Under the pieces are notes generated by a model. That model saw only the letters and a list, made by a program, of their open reading frames with translations, did no database searches and had not been told where the DNA came from. Of a stretch of DNA of 64,000 nucleotides, positions 60,766-64,000 are shown piece after piece. This stretch comes from an uncultured Rickettsiales bacterium (GTDB lineage: Bacteria > Myxococcota_A > UBA796 > UBA9615 > CAYRNR01), in the NCBI GenBank assembly GCA_964436045.1, contig CAYTBN010000021.1:7642-71641 (forward strand). The letters are read 5' to 3'. A program made the translations under genes and the position numbers. Every line of letters starts with the position of its first letter. Position 1 is the first letter of the stretch.

Positions 60766-63510
60766 TCAGGGGGAGGCCAGATAGACGGGATTGGTGACCG
60801 CGTAGGGTGTGGCGTCGGGCCAGACGGGATCCATCCCCGCGCTGCCGCTCGCCTCGACCAGGAAGTAGTCGCCCGCGCTCCCGGAGACCTCCACCTGGTC
60901 CTCGAACCATACCGGAGACGTGTAGTCCCCTGGATCGACCGCAAATGTGGCCACGGGCGCGCAGCCCGGGCCGATGACGCGCACCTGGTCGATTCCGACC
61001 CAGCTGGGCCCGAGCACGCGGATCGACAGGGTGACGGTGCCTGCGTCCACGGTCCCGCCGGGGCCCGCGTCGTTGCCGCCGCCATCCACCGCGGTCAGCT
61101 CGATGAAGGGGCCGGCGGAGACCACCGCGCGCCCACCCACCACGGCGGCGGCCACGTCATCGCCCGCGACCTGGGTGGGATCGTCCCCCAGGGCCAGGAA
61201 GGTGCGCGCCAGGGTGCCGCCCGGATTGCCGTCGACGGCGCCGCTGGAGCCCACGGCTGACGGCGTCAAGCCCCGGTCCAGGAACGAGCACCAGTCCGCC
61301 AGCAGCTCGCCGGTCTCGGCCGAGGCCGCGCCGGTCACGAGCTCCAGGGCGTCGAAGTCTTCCGTGTGGCGGCTGGGGTCGGCCGGGGCGCCGTTGCCCG
61401 GCTCGTACCCGCCCAGGGTCAACATTCCCCGGTCCGATCGGCCGGCTGCGACCACGACCGCGCCGCCGCCGTGGCCTTCGCGCAGGTCGTCCACCAGCGC
61501 GGCGGTGGTGCCGCCGGACTCCCACCAGCGGACGGCGCCGCCGCCGGGGGCCGCTGGATCCGGCTCCCGGGGGAAGGCCAGGAAGCGACCCCGATGTATG
61601 GCCGAGAGTTCCACGCCCGGCACCGTCGTCAGCCAACCATCGATCCCCATCACATCCACCAGCGGCCGGTAGTCGGCCACCTGGTCGGCCTCGGCGGCCA
61701 CGTGGACCTCGATGCCGTTGGCGGCGGCCATGACCAGGCGTCGCTGGGGCGTCACCAGGCTGTCCATCGACGGCGACGCGTGGCTGGAGAGATCGGCGGC
61801 CAGGTACCCCGTGGCGTCGTAGGCCCGCTCCAGCGTCAGGGTGACTTCGCGGACCTCGTCGGGGCCGAGATCCACACCTTCCACGCGATCGGTCTCGTAC
61901 TGCAGCCCCCTGTGCGCCAGCAGGTCGTAGCTGCCGGCGGGGATCGGGACGTCCGCCTCGCCGTCGAGCAACCACGCCACCTTGCGCACACCCGGCGCCG
62001 GCCGCTGCTCGCCGAGTTCCGCGCGGGGAGGGTAGGGGTCCGCCCCCGGGAGCTCGATCCGCACGACGGCCGGGATCGGAGCGCCGTTTTCGTCGACCAC
62101 CCGCAACGCCAGGGTCGCGGATTGCTCCACCTCCCAGGGTTGCCAGTAGCGGCCCGGCTCCAGCTCGACCGTGGCCGAGTCGGGGGGTGGGTGGCCATCG
62201 GCCAGGGGTAGCAGGGCGCCGGAGGTGGGGTCCTCCCACCCCCGCAGGGCCAGCTCGTTGCGGCCCGGGTCGGCGTAGATTCCGTATGCGCCCACGCCGG
62301 GCGCCAGGTCGACCCAGCGGTTGGGCCCGTCAGCCGTGCAAGTGGCGAGGTGGGTCCCGTCGTCTCCGGCCACGAAATACCCACCCAGGGTGTCGGTCTT
62401 CGCCACGGTCAACGGTGTGCCGTCCGGCTCGCGCAGGAAGACACGCGTGCTGCGGATCCGCGAATCCGTGCCCTCGTAGCGGGCGAATCCCTCGATCCAG
62501 GTCGACCAGACTCCGGAGCCCTGGATCTTGCGGAAATGGTCCAGGGCCGCGACGTCGCGGGCCACCCCCATCCTGTGCACCAGCGAGTCGTTCCCCCCCG
62601 GTGGGATCTGCAGGGTGCCGAACCGGACCACGATGTGGGGTATGTCGTCCCCCAGCGCCTCCAGTTTCGACACCTGGACCTCACCCTCCGGATAGAAGAG
62701 CGCGATCGCCTGGTCGTTGTTCCAGGCCTGGTAGCCCGCCAGCGGGTACGTGCCGCTGAGGTCGCCGGAGCCGAACCCGACCCCTGGTACGAAGGGCTCG
62801 AACACCGACCGGTCGACCAGCAGCAAGATGCCCACCGGGATGGTCAGGGACTGGTCGGTGGTGTTGTGGATCCAGGTCTCGACCTTGAACACCAGCGACT
62901 GGGGGTGGATGGTGTAACTCTGGCGGATCTCGAGGCCGAGCGGTTCATGGGTGCCCGGGGCCTCCATCGCCGCCTCCAGCAGATGCAGCGGAGCGTCGGT
63001 ACCCAGCAGATCCAGCTCCGCCGGGAGGTCGACCTCGCCTCCGGCGACATCGACCTCGAACGACTGGGCCACGAACACCCGCCCGTCTCCGAGCAGGGTG
63101 ACCGCCTCGACCAGTCCGTCGCCCCCCGGCTGGTTGTCGGGGCGGGTCAGGTCCATGTCGATGATCGCCCCCGGGGTGCCCACGTACCCGTTGCCCTCGC
63201 GCATTCCGCGAAGCACGGTTCGTCCCAGGGAGTTGCCCAGCATGTAGTCGCCCAGCTGGGATTCGGCGGCTGCGCCCCCGATCAACATGTCCACGTGTTC
63301 GGATTCCAGCTCGCCGGTCCAGGACAGGTTGGGCCCCAGCAGGTCCGTGTTCCAGTCGGGATCGGTCGGGCCGAGCAACGTGGCATCGTCGTCGCCGGTA
63401 TCGTCGTCGCTGGCCGTGTCGTCGTCCGGCCCCACCGGATCATCCGGACAGCCGAGGAGCAGGACGATTATCGCCCAGGCGGGGGCGGCGACGGGTCTGT
63501 GCGGCGGCAT
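60766..63510 (-). CDS. large secreted lipoprotein (914 aa) with short (DDDTxx) acidic tract, hypothetical
   Basis: Signal and lipobox MPPHRPVAAPAWAIIVLLLGCPDDP. The acidic tract is DDDTASDDDTGDDDAT. Composition is good throughout and no recognisable catalytic motif is seen. Confidence 0.7.
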   Translation of the reverse strand: MPPHRPVAAPAWAIIVLLLGCPDDPVGPDDDTASDDDTGDDDATLLGPTDPDWNTDLLGPNLSWTGELESEHVDMLIGGAAAESQLGDYMLGNSLGRTVLRGMREGNGYVGTPGAIIDMDLTRPDNQPGGDGLVEAVTLLGDGRVFVAQSFEVDVAGGEVDLPAELDLLGTDAPLHLLEAAMEAPGTHEPLGLEIRQSYTIHPQSLVFKVETWIHNTTDQSLTIPVGILLLVDRSVFEPFVPGVGFGSGDLSGTYPLAGYQAWNNDQAIALFYPEGEVQVSKLEALGDDIPHIVVRFGTLQIPPGGNDSLVHRMGVARDVAALDHFRKIQGSGVWSTWIEGFARYEGTDSRIRSTRVFLREPDGTPLTVAKTDTLGGYFVAGDDGTHLATCTADGPNRWVDLAPGVGAYGIYADPGRNELALRGWEDPTSGALLPLADGHPPPDSATVELEPGRYWQPWEVEQSATLALRVVDENGAPIPAVVRIELPGADPYPPRAELGEQRPAPGVRKVAWLLDGEADVPIPAGSYDLLAHRGLQYETDRVEGVDLGPDEVREVTLTLERAYDATGYLAADLSSHASPSMDSLVTPQRRLVMAAANGIEVHVAAEADQVADYRPLVDVMGIDGWLTTVPGVELSAIHRGRFLAFPREPDPAAPGGGAVRWWESGGTTAALVDDLREGHGGGAVVVAAGRSDRGMLTLGGYEPGNGAPADPSRHTEDFDALELVTGAASAETGELLADWCSFLDRGLTPSAVGSSGAVDGNPGGTLARTFLALGDDPTQVAGDDVAAAVVGGRAVVSAGPFIELTAVDGGGNDAGPGGTVDAGTVTLSIRVLGPSWVGIDQVRVIGPGCAPVATFAVDPGDYTSPVWFEDQVEVSGSAGDYFLVEASGSAGMDPVWPDATPYAVTNPVYLASP

Positions 63511-63602
63511 TGCGGCCCTTCGTTAGTCAAGCCTAATCACGGATCGCCCCGGTTCAAGCGAGTGTATCAGGGGAGATGCGCCCGCCGCCCGCTGCCCGAC
63601 GC

Positions 63603-64000
63603 CTATTCCAGGTAGAGGTGGCCGTCGACGTCGACCTGCTTGCACTGTCCGCGGGGACAGAGTTTCCAGATCCGGACCTCGTCCCCCTCCGAGTAGCCCC
63701 AGTACCGCCCGTCCGGATTCCAGCTCAGCCCCTTTGCGGGGTTGTAGCTGTGGCTCTCGATCCCGCCGTGGAAGCGGACGATCTCACCGGACGCGCCGTC
63801 CATCAGCACGGGCAGTGGTTCGGGCGCACCGCCCGCTCCGACCACGTACTCGAGGACGGCCGTGGCCGCTGTCATGCCCAGCACCTTGCCGTCGGCGGCC
63901 AGGTGGAGCCGCACGCGGTACGACTCGGCCCCGTCGGGACCCAGCTTGGACAGGGAAAGGGTGTGCAGCAGCTTGCGCTGGTCCACGTCCCAGACGTCGA
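63603..64000 (-). CDS. hypothetical protein, 5'-truncated by the window end
   Basis: The frame stays open to position 64000 (…DVWDVDQRKLLHTLSLSKLGPDG…). Composition is balanced. No family is recognised. Confidence 0.45.
   Translation of the reverse strand, partial: DVWDVDQRKLLHTLSLSKLGPDGAESYRVRLHLAADGKVLGMTAATAVLEYVVGAGGAPEPLPVLMDGASGEIVRFHGGIESHSYNPAKGLSWNPDGRYWGYSEGDEVRIWKLCPRGQCKQVDVDGHLYLE

Overview
This is a ~70% GC chromosomal segment, almost certainly from a Myxococcota (myxobacterial) genome. Three things point there: two proteins end in MYXO-CTERM-like sorting signals, several carry the MopE-type Cys/Asp metal-binding motif, and the window is dense in lipoproteins with an L-G-C-P lipobox. 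Conserved housekeeping genes are interleaved with the accessory content: alaS, a cinA-thpR-recA operon, uvrB, mltG, a pilT-like ATPase, ggt, an Fpg/Nei glycosylase, and an ECF sigma / anti-sigma / VIT-vWA module.

The accessory content is mostly secreted or lipoprotein-encoding. It includes a giant thrombospondin-type-3-like Ca-binding repeat protein, SGNH hydrolases, a purple-acid-phosphatase-like esterase, a CotH-like protein, a beta-helix protein, PAP2, and sulfatase-like and alkaline-phosphatase-like membrane enzymes. I found no rRNA, tRNA, CRISPR array or transposase. Most of the Arg-rich ORFs in the six-frame track are antisense or off-frame artefacts of the high GC content.

The observations I rate most worth a second look are:
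- a family of paralogous lipoproteins sharing a leader made of a lipobox, a poly-(DDDxTG) acidic tract and MopE motifs;
- an eight-gene block (sulfatase-like, AP-like, GT4, DUF362-ferredoxin, FRG-domain, radical-SAM/SPASM) that may be an undescribed envelope or metabolite modification system;
- a single-ORF fusion of a BCCT transporter with two periplasmic solute-binding domains;
- an N-terminally truncated flotillin with an in-frame TAG at a conserved Glu codon;
- a PilT paralog with degenerate catalytic motifs;
- a secreted protein with an E/R-rich single-alpha-helix segment and tandem acidic Tyr/Gly repeats.

All family assignments rest on motif recognition by eye. No database search was run.
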